This document shows positions 46,801 to 60,304 of a stretch of 64,000 nt of DNA, piece after piece; within the stretch, counting starts at the first letter, position 1; each line of letters opens with the position of its first letter. The translations under genes and the position numbers were made by a program. Below the pieces are notes generated by a model that was given only the letters and a program-made list of their open reading frames with translations, did no database searches and had not been told where the DNA came from. This DNA is from Lingula anatina. Its lineage: Eukaryota; Animalia; Brachiopoda. Where the stretch lies: NCBI GenBank assembly GCA_051362555.1, contig CM120648.1, forward strand, positions 5,638,587-5,702,586, read 5' to 3'.

Positions 46801-49132
46801 AAGCCCACTGCATTGTTCCAGTATACAGTAGGGCATACGGATACTCTGGCTCATTTTCTCATGCACTGTACTACATGTGCATTAATGGGAAAATGTACGT
46901 GTAACTTGCATGCATTGCACTGAATAAAGTTTATTATTATCATTATTGAACAGTTGAAGTGCAAGGGAAAGTATCGTCCAGCAGTTAAAGTTGGAAAACA
47001 CATTAAATTAGAACCATATGATCCTTTTTACAATTGTATATACCAGCATGATACATGTTCATATACTGCTTTGAAAGATACTGCATTTAAATATTAATAA
47101 TGATAAAAAGTACTGATTTATTTCTTGTAATGAAGGAAACCTTCATGGAAAGATGGCACTACAGCAGTGGCAGTTCTGGTGATCAACAACACGTTGTATA
47201 TAGCCAACCTTGGGGACAGTAAGGTGAGTCCTTGTCAGTTAGGTGTTGTTGTGTGTTAGGTGTGACATACTGCATTAGGTGTGACACATTGTGTTAGTTG
47301 CGACACATTCTATATAGCCAACTGGCTTGATTACAGTAAGATGAGTCATCAGCAGTGTGTTAGGTGTGATATATTGTGCAAAGAATGATGCATTGTGTTG
47401 GATGTGACATTAGTCAGGTGTGGAAGTACAGTGTTTTTTTTTTTAGGTGAGGCAAACTGTGTTGAATGTGACACAGTGTTAAGGTTTGTCATGTTGTTGC
47501 AGCATTTTGTCACCACTGTACTAGATGATCTGATTATTTGTTGCAAAATGAGCATATTTATTAAATATTTTACAATCACTATCAAATTATCAAAGAACAA
47601 TTAACAAGTTTATCTTTCAGTTCCATTAGTAAGTTATGTTTTAAGTACATTCAATTATCACATTTGTCTGATCTGTGAAATAATTTTTTTTTGTATTTTA
47701 GGCCATTCTGTGCAGATACAGTGAAGAGAAGAAGTCCTATATGGCAGTTCCTCTCACCAAAGACCACAATCCAACACAGTATGAAGAACGGATGAGAATA
47801 CAGAAAGCAGGGGGCAATGTTAAGTATGGCTTTTTTAACTTAGAAACATTGACATATATGACTTTGTGTTGTATATTGATTGATTGATATGTTTTCATTA
47901 TTTGTTTATATATTTCTGTTATTTATACAGGAGTGTATTATTGGTTGTGAAATTTCCCACCTTTCAAAAGTTTTGTTTAAGGGGAAGATGAGAGTAAACA
48001 CGTCTAATTTTAAAAGAGTAATTTGACCTAAAAATTGTACAATGTACAACATATAGAGCATATTTATATTAACACAAAAAAATTGTTACATAATACCCTG
48101 TCACAACTAACACAATGTCACACCTAACACACTGTATAACAACACATTGTCACACCTAACACACTGTATAACAACACATTGTCTGACCTAACACACTGTC
48201 ACAGCTAACTGTGGTCTATTTGTCTCCAGGGATGGGCGTGTGATGGGAATACTGGAGGTGTCCCGGTCACTGGGTGACGGTCCTTACAAAGCCCACGGTG
48301 TCACGTGTATCCCAGATGTCAAGAGATGTCAGCTGACCAATAATGACAGGTAAATAGTGAAACAATAAAAATCAAAATGTTATTTTTTCCAAAGATTTTT
48401 CTTTATTCGATTTTTTATGTAGTGTTCTAAGGTTACAATACTGGACTTCTATCTTTATTGCCAGCCAAAACTCTCACTATTGTCATTTAAAAACAAGTTG
48501 CATTTAAGGACTTTCTAAGTTTTAAAGTTACTTTATATAATTACTAAATTATCATTTACTCTAGGATCCATGTAACTTAGTGAATACATCTGTCACAGTG
48601 CTTACATTGACTCGAGTTTTGCTATTATTTTAGGTACATTTTGATAGCTTGTGATGGCCTATGGAAAACATTCAAAAGTGAAGAATCTGTCTTATTTGTA
48701 AATAGAATTTTAGAGGTACGTATATTTGAGGCTTCTGTATTGAACAACATTGTATTTTTAATGATTGTGGAAGTCAGTTTTCTAAATGAGCATTTTAAGA
48801 GTATTTGTTGTTAATCAGCAGAGAAGCGATATGTAAAGTGTCAGTTTATGACAGTTTAAATTTTGCTTGGATTTAGTAGCACCATCCTCCTGTAATTAAA
48901 AACTGCAAAGTAAATAAAATAAAATAAAATATAGAAAAAACAAAGAAAAATGCACTTCCAATTTGTCGTATTTCAGCTCCATGCAAGTAGTGATGCAGCA
49001 AATTCCAAATCAAAGGAACGTTTACACTCAGACTTTGAGACCGCCTGCGGGCGAGTGGCCAACGAGGCAGTGAGGAAGCTCAGTGCAGACAATGTGACTG
49101 TTATGCTGGTGTCCATACAGAATTCTTCTTGA
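43803..49132 (+). CDS. ILKAP: Integrin-linked kinase-associated PP2C phosphatase, 446 aa, 10 exons
   Basis: Exons 43803-43833, 44612-45031, 45610-45730, 46130-46236, 46671-46764, 47136-47223, 47702-47823, 48230-48349, 48634-48715, 48977-49132; all GT-AG and in frame. ILKAP-type MDLFGDLPEP and LFDDLPP; PP2C motifs RKGEREDMQDAH, VFDGHGG, DGTTA, ANLGDS, VSRSLGD, ACDGLW, SADNVT. Confidence 0.93.
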
Positions 49133-50432
49133 ATAGGTCACATATTCCAGTGACAGTTTTGACAAGGAATTGTGTTACAGTAATGAAAGATCCATCTCTG
49201 TTTGATGAAAGCAGAACTGTTAATGTAGCAGTGATTTTTGTCTCTCATGTACAAAATGCATGAAAAAAAATACAAGCTTTAAGTCATTGACCGTGAGGGC
49301 ATTTGTTTATATAAAAGTAAAGTCTTTATAAGAGGGCTTAATTGTGTCATATGTAAGTCATTCTAATCTCAGGTGTAAAAAAAGTTTAAATTCAAGTTAA
49401 CACAGTGGAATTGCGAGAATGTAAAGCCTCTGTCACAGTGGGTTGTGAGAGATAGGAGAACACATTTTGGCCCACTCTCATTATGATGAAACTCGGATAA
49501 TTTTCTCCCATAAGGGCACATTCTCAAACACTCATCAGAACATCTCACTCATAAAAAAAAAATGATTCAGAATAGAATAGATCAGATTTATTTCTACCCA
49601 GTAACACAGATTTGCAACTTTTTGTAAAAATCCGCTGGAACCAGCCAGCAAGCAATATGGCATGCCATGCCAGGACGGAACAGAACTTCAAATCACATTA
49701 GCCGAGGATTAATAATTAAACCTACAGTTTTACAAACAAACTATGTAACATAGTTGTTATACAGTCAATGAAAGATATGTGCATAGAATTAGCAGTTAAG
49801 ATTGAAATATCATTACGTAAACTCTACTATCAAAGCTTAAGTCGGCTGAAATAAAGTTTGCCAACTGTAAAACTAGCTTGAACAAGAAAACACCCCAACT
49901 GACAAAAATTAATTTGGACTAAAGGTTTTGCAGTTTGAAGAGTTCAATGACGTACTGTATTTTCGGAATGTGTAACGTTGAAGACATCTGTGTTGTACAT
50001 TCTGTATGAACATTGCATTTTAATAAAATTTGACATTTTAAGACTGAAAAATATTTATATAAAATTCATTGCTAGATGAAGTAATGTGAAAGATTAAAAA
50101 TTATCTATTAAAAATATTGTGTGGTACATTATATGAAAAATAATAATAATTACAATTTCTAATTATTTTAATATATTAAATATTTAAATTGTGTAATTAT
50201 TAATAATCACAAATTGAAATGTATTGGTTTACACCCATAGTTATAAAAGAGACAATTTAAGTACAAAGTGAGAAATCCGACTTGCCAAATGTAACACAAA
50301 ACTAATCCCAATGTCCCAATGAATTTCTTCCACGTTCTATGCTCGTGAACATCAAGATTTCTTTCATATAAGTAAAACTCCTGAATATTTAAACTGTCTT
50401 AAAGTCCATCTGACTTCTAGTGAGGCTGCATC

Positions 50433-53400
50433 TTATGAAATGAGACATCCTCCCTCTGACTGTGGACCTTCTTCATCAAAAACTTCATCAGACGGAAGCT
50501 TGGGGATATCATCCAGCACTTTCAGCTGTGGTAAAATTTTAAACACCCTGAAAAAAATTAGATTATTATTATTTTTTTAGTTTGTTTGTAATTTTGAGGA
50601 TAAGAAATTTTTTAAACAGTTTTTTAAAAATAACTGTTAGGATTAATATGGTCTCTAATAACAATTTTTTAATGAAATTTGTAAACAGTTTTGGAAAATT
50701 AACATAGTTAACAATAAAATAAGACATAACATTACAAAAATAAATATGTACATAAATAACAAAAAGAAAAAAAATTATATATCAAAGGGTACCTTGGTCT
50801 ATAATTTTCAGTAAAAGCCACAGGGTTTCTCTTGAGGTTTAATTCTCTTAGCTCTGTTTTCCTCAAATTATCCAATCCATTCAGGTTCACTATGTTATTA
50901 TCTGATATAGTCAAGTACTGGATACGTGGAATTTTGGGAAGATCCTGGAAGAGACATAACTGTAGTATATCACTTTGAAAATATGAAATTATCACACTTC
51001 ATTATTCTTACAAAAAAACACATTTAAAAGTTTGAATTATCACTCATTATAAGCTGCAGTAAAATCAACTAGATGTAACCAGCATACATATTACTATTTC
51101 TCAAAACTGTATATACAAGTATGTAACCACAATATGTCTTTAAAAAAAGGGAAAAAAAACTCACCTTGAAAGAAGAAATATAATTTCTGTTAAGATTCAG
51201 ATGGGTGCAGCTGAAATGGAAAGATGAAGGGTCAGATATACTTGTATTCTGCAAATTTTAAAACCAACTTAATCACTATAAAATGCATTATGACCCCAAG
51301 GCACTTACAAGCAAGATACAAGAATCATGTAAGCTGCTCAAAAATGTCGTATCATCTTAAAGTACTACAACGACTCTTTAAGTACTAGCCAGTATTTTGA
51401 AACAGGTTGTTAAAAATTACCTCAATTATGTTGAGAGTGGGGTTTACAGAGAATCTTAACAAGAAGTGTGGATGTATAATGGACCATCTTCTCCTCAAAC
51501 AGGCTATAATTTAACACTTTTTATTAACAAAACATAGCTTTGCCACACACAACTGATCAATTTCTTCTAGTAACCAATAATACTAGAAATATAATTTTCT
51601 TCAAATGTTGAGTAAGGCTAACTTACAGTGGAAAAGAAAAGCTGCTGAGCTCTGTCAGTTTGTCTTCCACTAGGATCAGATCCTGGACTCTCAGCAAACG
51701 CTTCAGGATACGCTTAAAATTCTCTCTCTGGTATGCATCCGATAGCTCTTGGAAGGAAAGGTTGCAGACCTGAAAAAATCATTTGTAAAATCACACATTG
51801 GTTTATTAAATTAATATTTGACTTTGAACAAAATAAAGACAGAATTTTGGGTTGTGAGAATTCAAAGAAATTAGGCAAAAATAGGTTGGTGGCCTTACAA
51901 TGAGTGTTGCTATAGTTGAAGAACAGCTAAGCAAAAATCAGATTCAAATTGGAAAAACAGTTTTCAGTTTTAACTCTATAGTCTAATCCACCCTTACCTC
52001 TGCCTGTTCCCAGTTTTCTGTCTTATCTCTGTAGTCCATCCTCTCCTTGCCTTGCCTGGAATGATGGAGTGGTCGGTCACTGGCGTCCTTGGCCGAGTAG
52101 AAGGTCATTTCTTTTTCCTCTGGGGCTGTGGGAACAAAAGGACAAAAATAAAACAATGTTAAACACCAATGATTTTTCAATAAAGTTCGGGGCAGCATGG
52201 ATAGAGCAGAAAATCATTCCAAAAGGAAATTAATTTATATAATTTTTCAACTAATGGAGAAATTTTTATCTAGAAATAACCTATAATAATTATTGCATAA
52301 ATTCAGTCAATCCATTCAGTTTTTTGAAAGCTAAACCCAGAGATTTAAGATGTAACATAAGAAATCAGACACATCAGCTCCACTTTTAACAATAAAACTC
52401 ACAAATTAGAATTTTGTGCTTGTGCAAGTACTGGTATTTAATAGGGGATACTATGAATGCATGTTGCCATGACAACAAATAAATGGACACTTACCTTCTC
52501 TGACCCTCGGAGCATGCAGCTGGTTGCCATGGAGATCAGTGTGCGGCAACTCATGCCAGTTTGTGTAGCAAAATCTGGCAGAAGGGAGCTAAAATTTGAA
52601 GTCATACATCAAACTTCACTTTCACATACAGTAAATTAAAACTGATTATAAACATGGTATACTGATACTTTAAGAAAATATGACAAACCAAAACCAACGC
52701 AGTTCAAGCCCACTCTACAGTCAGGTTTAATTTGCCAAATAGCTGTAATATGTAAGCAAAATTAATAATTTCAATTAAAATGACTTTTAAAAATCCCCTA
52801 CTTCAGCCAAAATAAGTAATTTTCAGTAATAAGAGAGACTTTAAGAATAACATATAGTTTCTGCCTGGACTGTGGACTTCAAAGGAATTAAGATGTTTTT
52901 GCATATAGACATTGGTGATTCAAATATCACAGCTACTGGGGTTTCTATAATTAAGATTTTCCAAACTAGTTTCTCTTCATTTAATCTTCCTTCTGATAAA
53001 AAAGTAAAGAAGCCAATATTATAAAAGTTATGACCAAAATATTACCTTGGGTAAAGGCTTTCCTAATTTATTTCTCTTCAGTTGTTCCTCGTAAGCACTG
53101 ATCAAAACCAGAGGAACATTGGTGCCGCTGATATCAGAGGATGGGCGAGACGAGCCAGAATTCCTCGTGGCATCGGTGAATTCTGATGAACTTGAAACAA
53201 GGAAAGAAATTAATAAATTCCTCATTCATCCTTCAATACAATCTAAGTATATCTGTGAAACTTTGAAGATTGCAATCACTGTGGTTAAATCAACCCTAAT
53301 TCTTGTAACAGTAGGAATTAACAAATGTACATATACTACATTGATATTTTTAGGGAGTATATGTACCATATTTGAATGTGTTATAACATTTACAAGGTAA

Positions 53401-53671
53401 ACAATGCATTAACTTATGTATTAAAGAATTTACAATGACCAAGTCTCTGGTTTATTTGTCAATATTTTCAGTACACATTCCACGTCATAATTTCTGATGG
53501 TGAGATTAGAGTCTGAAATCATTCAATGTTTTATTTTACCTCTGACAAGTTAAACATATCTTTATTTTAATTGGTTGTATTTAATCCTCCTACATGTACG
53601 TAAGTCTAGAAAAATATTGAACTTGATGACGAAATTCAAATAATAATAATGCAAGTTTACTTTTCGGACAT
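50433..53671 (-). CDS. Leucine-rich repeat protein with LRRcap (U2A'/ANP32/SDS22-like class) and C-terminal CaaX, 277 aa
   Basis: Coding exons 53671-53661, 53190-53046, 52588-52495, 52125-51998, 51769-51627, 51210-51165, 50944-50793, 50547-50433 join in frame. LRRs HLNLNRNYI, YLTISDNNI, ELNLKRNPV; cap YRPRVFKILPQLKVLD; ends GGCLIS*. 5' exons are less certain. Confidence 0.8.
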
Positions 53672-55718
53672 CTTCCTTCAGTCTGGAGTGGCCTTCACTA
53701 CTATCTGGGTCTACACAAATGCATCCGTACACACATGATACATGAGGCAGTAATGTACTGGAAAACCTCACTTCTGAAAGATAAAGTTACGTGTATGACA
53801 GTATCAAGAATTTCCTTGTTTGTTGTTGCATCCAATTTGCTTGGTATACTCTTTTAATAGTCATAACTGTAGCACTGATAAGTCTTGCACCTTGTAGAAA
53901 TACATGTACATGCACTCCAATACTAGTACATTAAAATTACTATTACTCACTCAATATGAGGAAAAAAGCTGCAATTTTAAGCAAGTACAAGAAATGAGTA
54001 TACAAGAAATGTTCTGTGTACAGCAATTATCGAATCAATAACGCTCAAATATTGTAAAATTTCCATACCTTCGAATTTCTTTTACAAGCACCTTGCACAA
54101 TAAATGATGACGTCATCAATTACAGCGCAGCAACCTGCAAACAATTGATCGGTACATCTAACACAATCAAAACTGCTCAGTGCTCGCAGAGCAAATTGCG
54201 ATTTTTAAAAATATTTCACTTTATTTCGTTCTCTCTTATATAGCTTTGACTTATTGTGTTTCTTATTATTTTATTATTTTTTCTATTCGCGGGTATAATA
54301 TTATGCAAACCAGAACACTATTCTGTTAGTATAAATTTGCACAGCTATGGCATGCGTCTCCAGAAGTAGGCCCCTACATGTACATGTAGGCCTACTACAT
54401 GTAGCCCATAAGACACAATTAGTAGGCACTATTCCCAAAATGCTTTATGTAAACAAGAAAACAGAGAACTCAAAAAAGAAAAAAAAAACGCTCAGCGATA
54501 GGTGAAGTCTTTTTTTTTTTTACTTTGAAAATCAACCGACTGATATTCAAATAGTGCCAAAACTACTGACCATGCGGCCAGAGAATACACAGTATTATTA
54601 AGTCGAAATCAGTGCTCTGTACAATAAATCAATCCAGATAATAATATTTAAATAATGCGATAGACAGCATATTATTAGATAGAAGATATTTTTTGCTTGA
54701 ATAAACGCCATCTAAGTAAACGGAAAAATTAAACATGAATTACACCGATAATACCAACCCTTTCTAGTGATAAACAGTGACTCTTTTTCGCACTGCAGGA
54801 ATAGACAGTATAGATGGTCTAATCAAATATCTTTCATATAGTAAGGAGCAATAAATGCATACATTTTTCTTGCATTTGTAAACGTTATTTTATATTACAA
54901 ATTGAAATTCATACACATATCCATATACTTGACATTTGACTATTAGTATGTAGGAATTGATATATTTATCTTTAACCGATCGCGCCAAAGCTTGCTGTTA
55001 GTAAATTGATAAATAAATTAACCTTACACATGTACTAAGTACAAGGAACCATAGTACCTTAAATGCAGAGCTAAAATAACATTATCATTTATTACACGAA
55101 TAAATATGAGCTGCCAAAAATCCCAGGAATGTTTTTACGAGATACATGTACATGTACTACATGTAATGGTCATCCCTACCACTAAAAGAAAAATTCTCAG
55201 AACGAAATTCTCCACCACAATAAGTGACCGCTGGAGCTCAATGTAATGTCCACGCCGTCCAAAAATATGTCAAAATGAACAGAATTCTTTATTTCCTTAA
55301 ATTTTAATTGTATTCACCAATAAGTCCAGTCCAATTTCCAGCAGTTTTAATCTATGAAACAATAGTGGGCTATCACGAAACTCTTCCATCCTATAAGATA
55401 ATGATTATCAATGGCCATTAGAGGCTACTCCAATCATGAAATTAATCTTAAAGTGTTTATAAGAATGTTTTTGGCCAATGGTATTCAAGAAATTCAGTTA
55501 GAAAACAAATTTTGTAAACTTCCATATGGTGTTTTAATGTCACTGACAGTTGAATTTTCTTGATCTGTTCCCTTCGTGCTTTCCGACACGTGTAATAAGA
55601 TATACTTTCAGTATATAACGGTACATATGTCCAGTTCTTTTGAAGAAAGCCAAACGAAGTCGAGTTGAATGTTCCAATATATATCGTTTCATATAATGAT
55701 AATAATAATATTCCATGT

Positions 55719-58700
55719 CTATTTTTTGGAGCGTGTCGATCTCTTCTTTTTCATAAGTCCCAAGTTTCTCTGTATTTGTAGGTACGGGTTCACGTATTCG
55801 AAAGGCATTTGGGGCATCCCCTGAGGATTGGGCAGCCACTGGTTCCTCATCCCGGGGGGAGAATACTTCTTGGTCCGCGCAAACCTTACGTAGTAAGACG
55901 GCATCTTTTGAACTCTGGGGTAGCCGCTGCAGTAGAAGACCACGGAGCACTCCTCACCCGCGCCGAAGTACGGAATACCGGTAGTGTATCCTAGGTAAGC
56001 TGCATCTCGGTACGTCCTACCATATTGTAAGGGGAGAAAGTTTCTGATGGGGTCAATTCGCACTACACCGGAACAGTCAATGGGACGACCCCAGAAGTAG
56101 GGCGAGTAGTGGAGGACGCATGCGGGGTAACACTCGTTTCCGCACGCGTCGTACGCGCGTATATACGAATACGTACTAAATCCGCTGTATTCCGGGTTGC
56201 GGACGGCAACGAACGTTGTCGCACTCGCAATGGGCTGGCGGGAGTCCACGATGGCGTAGTCGTGGTACTCTCCGATGTAGTTCAGACCCATAGCTTGAAC
56301 CGTTATCTTTGCAGCCCCGCCGCAACATTCGCAGTGGATGTCACAGTACTTGGCCGTTTTGTTGGCTTGGCTCATGTTGTCGGCCGGGTACACGTAATCG
56401 TTGGAGTTGTTGGCATACCTGGGCAAAATAAGAAGGTATTTTAGCTATATGTTATCGCATAAATGCACGTACAGATGTGAGAGGTTTTAACAAAAGAAGA
56501 GAGACTTTGAACAAGAAAACGGAAAATAATAGGACACAATACATCACAACACAACGCAATGCACCACAACACAATAGGACACAACACATCACAACACAAC
56601 GCAATGCATCACTACACAATAGGACACAATACATCACAACACAACGCAATGCATCACTACACAATAGGACACAATACATCACAACACAACGCAATGCATC
56701 ACAACACAATAGGACACAACACATCACAACACATCACATTTACAACGAGAAGCAGCGCAAATTAAGCTGCAACACCACAATGATGCAGACACAGATAGAA
56801 TTTTAAAACAAACAAACAAATATCTCATACGCACCTGCTTGGGTCGACCGAGAAGTTTCTGGGCACCGGTTTTGTGTACCAGTCGCCGTAAGTGGGAAAC
56901 ATGATGGGCCTGGAGTAGATAACCTTCACAGGTAGGTACGCCCACTCCCTCTCGTCACACCTGTACTGCCCACTAGCGTCTATCAGGCAATAAGAGTTTG
57001 TCTGTTCTTTTTCTCCCACGAATCCACCGCAGTTTTGACGACAGGGGGCAGACCGGTCCCAGCGCTTGGTGGTAACACAGATGTAATCCGGTCGACGGCA
57101 GTATAAATAGGGGGAGCCACAGTCGGGGTTCTCCGCCGTGCACGTGGGCCGTGGCGCATACTCGTAGTACGTCTCCGTATACTCGTCACTGCATCCGTCG
57201 ATATTGCGCATGCCCCAAAATGGTCTCATTGGCATATAGGGGGCGTGTTGCCACGGTCCGAAGAAGGCCATTGGGTAGTCCAACTCACAGTCTACTTTCC
57301 TCTCCTTCTGTTTCTGGCGGAATCCTTCCCACAGAAAGTCGATGAAAGCGTGGAACATGTAGAACAACGGATCATCCGGCGCGGTGTCTAGAAATTCCAT
57401 ATTCCCGCCAACCCAGGAATGAACGTCGTCGTGAGCCACCTCCAAGAAACTGCCGGAACCTGGTGATGAGAGAGATTCAGATGTGATTGCATGAACTGTT
57501 ATAATATCAGTTTGGGATGATCCCAGTAGTTATGAATCACTACAACTACTACACAGAGAGGGACGCATCCGGTGTAATTGGCAGTTTTGCCAAAATTTTG
57601 ATATACACTGTTGTTTAAAAAGTTTTATTGTGTCAATGGATGCGTTTTCTTCTCAAACAAAACCACCTTCTCAGATGAGGTTGAATTTGATTTTGTTCCA
57701 TGGGTTATAAGTCAACGTGCTATTTCAAGATATATGTATCTAGTTTTTTACTGCAATTATGAAGAGTTTACAATCTCAAAAGCCGGCGGTACCCAGCAAT
57801 CATTTGCCATAAGAGTCTAACTTTTCGTTAGGATCTTCAGAAGATGCGTCGAATGCATGGCTTTTGCATAGAGTTCTGGTGAGGTAAACGGAGAAAACCA
57901 CTCAGCCAAGCTTCTACTGCCCATAAATACATACATGAAGGTCTGACCGCAATAAACTTTTGGGTTATATCTTTTTAGGAGAAATTAGGTGAAAAAATGG
58001 TAAGCATAAAGTGTGTTATCAGTTACGCTTTTTGCTTTAATTATGAAGCTGAACGATGCGTATATGACAGCTACATGTACCCTGAATACTAAATGCAGTT
58101 AATCCAACGTTACATTTGTAAAAAACCCAAAAACGTCAAATTAAATTGTCGACTTTTTGTTGACACAGCAGATAGCACATCTCGTTATTGTAATGGAAAA
58201 GATAAAGTGGCATTTAAGCACAATATATGTAACATTCATTAGGTTCCGTCTGACAAAATACGTGTCCGTTTCAGGCGTTTACGCGACTGCATATTGTCTG
58301 GTAATGAGGGGTGGCAATATTTTACTATTCTTGCAAATAGCGAATCAACCACGCCACCAGGTGGCAAAAGAAATTTTCCAGAAACGTCAAATCTGAGCTA
58401 ATTGCACAGTGTACATGCGATATGTTTTTTTTTTAGTTAAAGAAGACTATGTGCAAAAAATGGCCAAAGATATGGGTAACGAAATCGCGTGTGAAAGAAT
58501 TTATTGACGCAAGTTGGACCCATATCGGTTCAAAATTAATCTTAGTCTGAATTCACAAATTTCCCCTACCTGGACACGAGATATGTGCAAGGTATCGGTA
58601 ATCTCCACTAAGGATTTTATCCACAATCTTATCATTCATCAGTCCGTACACGCCCGACCGGATGTTCCGGTACAGCGGAAATCCGGTGTTGCCGATCCAG

Positions 58701-58862
58701 GATTTGAAGGGACCACGTGTCACTTTGCCGTCCTCCGTGCCTAGGAATGTGTCCGCCCATAGAATGGAGTTTCCGGGGTCGCCCTTCAGTCGGGCATCCA
58801 GTGTGGTGTCCCAGTATGGCAAACTGACGCTGGGATCTATGCGACGCAGTGCGATCTCGAAT
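55719..58862 (-). CDS. Tyrosinase-like type-3 copper protein, 3' part (last three exons)
   Basis: Exons 58862-58570, 57459-56835, 56418-55719 in frame. FEIALRRIDPSVSLPYWD, CuB LEVAHDDVHSWVGGNM...APDDPLFYMFHAFIDFLW, then a Cys/Tyr-rich C-terminal region. No CuA exon found in 58.9-64 kb. Confidence 0.9.
56527..56738. repeat. Intronic 45-bp minisatellite, about 4.7 units
   Basis: Unit aataggacacaatacatcacaacacaacgcaatgcatcactacac in the last tyrosinase intron. Confidence 0.9.
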
Positions 58863-60259
58863 CTGTGAAAAGATCGATTTTAAAGTTTTAAAGTTCAAAG
58901 ATTTTAGAAAAAAAATGGATGATGTCCCAGTTTTATGAATGACAGTCAGATTTGTCATCCGATGAATGATTCTGTAGAATATTAAAAAGAAACGTAGTGT
59001 ATAATATGGTATTCAGTAAATACAACCCGTGGAGTAATTAATATATATTATGCCCCTATAATTTCAGTAGTAATATGAACAGTTTTCCGGTATTTACATC
59101 TTTGACGCGTTGTGTTGGTACAGCAACAATAATCATGCAAATAGTGCTTTTGCTATGTAGGTCACGTTTGTGTTCACCTACATTGTAACTTCGGCTTATT
59201 ATGCCTATATTCCATTTTGTTCTTAGAAGTTAAATGCAAAGAGCATAACAGTACGATGTCCTGTAGCCTATACCCCAGTTAACCGTTACATGACGGTCAT
59301 ATTTAGGGATCAAGGCCAAAGTCAAAAACGTTCTGTTCAGTATATGGCCTTCCGGTTTGTATTTCCACAATAGGCCTATATATTTATAAGCCTTTTCTCC
59401 AAAACTTTGTACTACCTGTGCATGTAGTATACTGGGTACCCTGTCCGAACATGTATATTGAGCAGATGCCAAAAAAGGCAACGAGGTTTCGCTTAAGACC
59501 TACAAAGTAAATGATCTGTTAATTCGTTTTGATTGTGAACTTTGGACCGCTCTTCACATTTTTGTATAGATTGGGTAGTAACGGGAACACAGAATGTGGA
59601 CGTAAGCCGTGTCATCAGTTTCAGAAGATTGTCAATGGGTACTTTTAAGATATTTGTCAACTTTTAAGTGAGTGCGTAAAGAACGCAAAACCACAAATTA
59701 AGGATGGTTTTGGTCGTAATGCATCATAACGTACTGCCTATTAATTGTTATCGTTTTCTCTTTAACTGCAAACAATTTCAACTATCCAATCCACATGGCA
59801 TGAGTGGAGAATCGGGTTCAGGCAGTGACGTCATCGTGCAATGACGTCATTGTCATGACAACCAAATACAGATTAATGTCCAATTACAGAATGAACTTGG
59901 TTATCCTTTAGTGATCCTAGTTTAAATCCCGATCTTCTAATCTCACCATCATGATCTGTCATAGATCTATGACAGTCTCTTGAAATGATTGTCTTGTATA
60001 CTGTTTATCCTGATGATTTGTAAATTAGTCTTTCAGAAGAATTGAAAGCATTTCGGTATTTGCAATGTCAATGTCTGTCACGTACGTCAGAGAAATCATT
60101 TAATCTATTAGAGAGCTGTCAGTGTAAAGGCACGTATTAATTTGAATGGCGTTATTTTCCTCTGCCACTAATAGTACCCAACTATTCTGAAGAGAGGAGA
60201 GAGGGCTGAGGCACTTTTTTTGAATTGTTTTCACTTATTCGAACTGAAGCACGAATGTC

Positions 60260-60260
<1 letters not shown>

Positions 60261-60304
<44 letters not shown>
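60261..60304. repeat. (AAT)n microsatellite
   Basis: Directly visible; another tract at about 61910-61950. Confidence 0.9.

Noticed and set aside
56452-56806. Repetitive ORFs (CVVMYCVLLC..., NRTQYITTQR...)
   Set aside because: Translations of the intronic 45-bp minisatellite.
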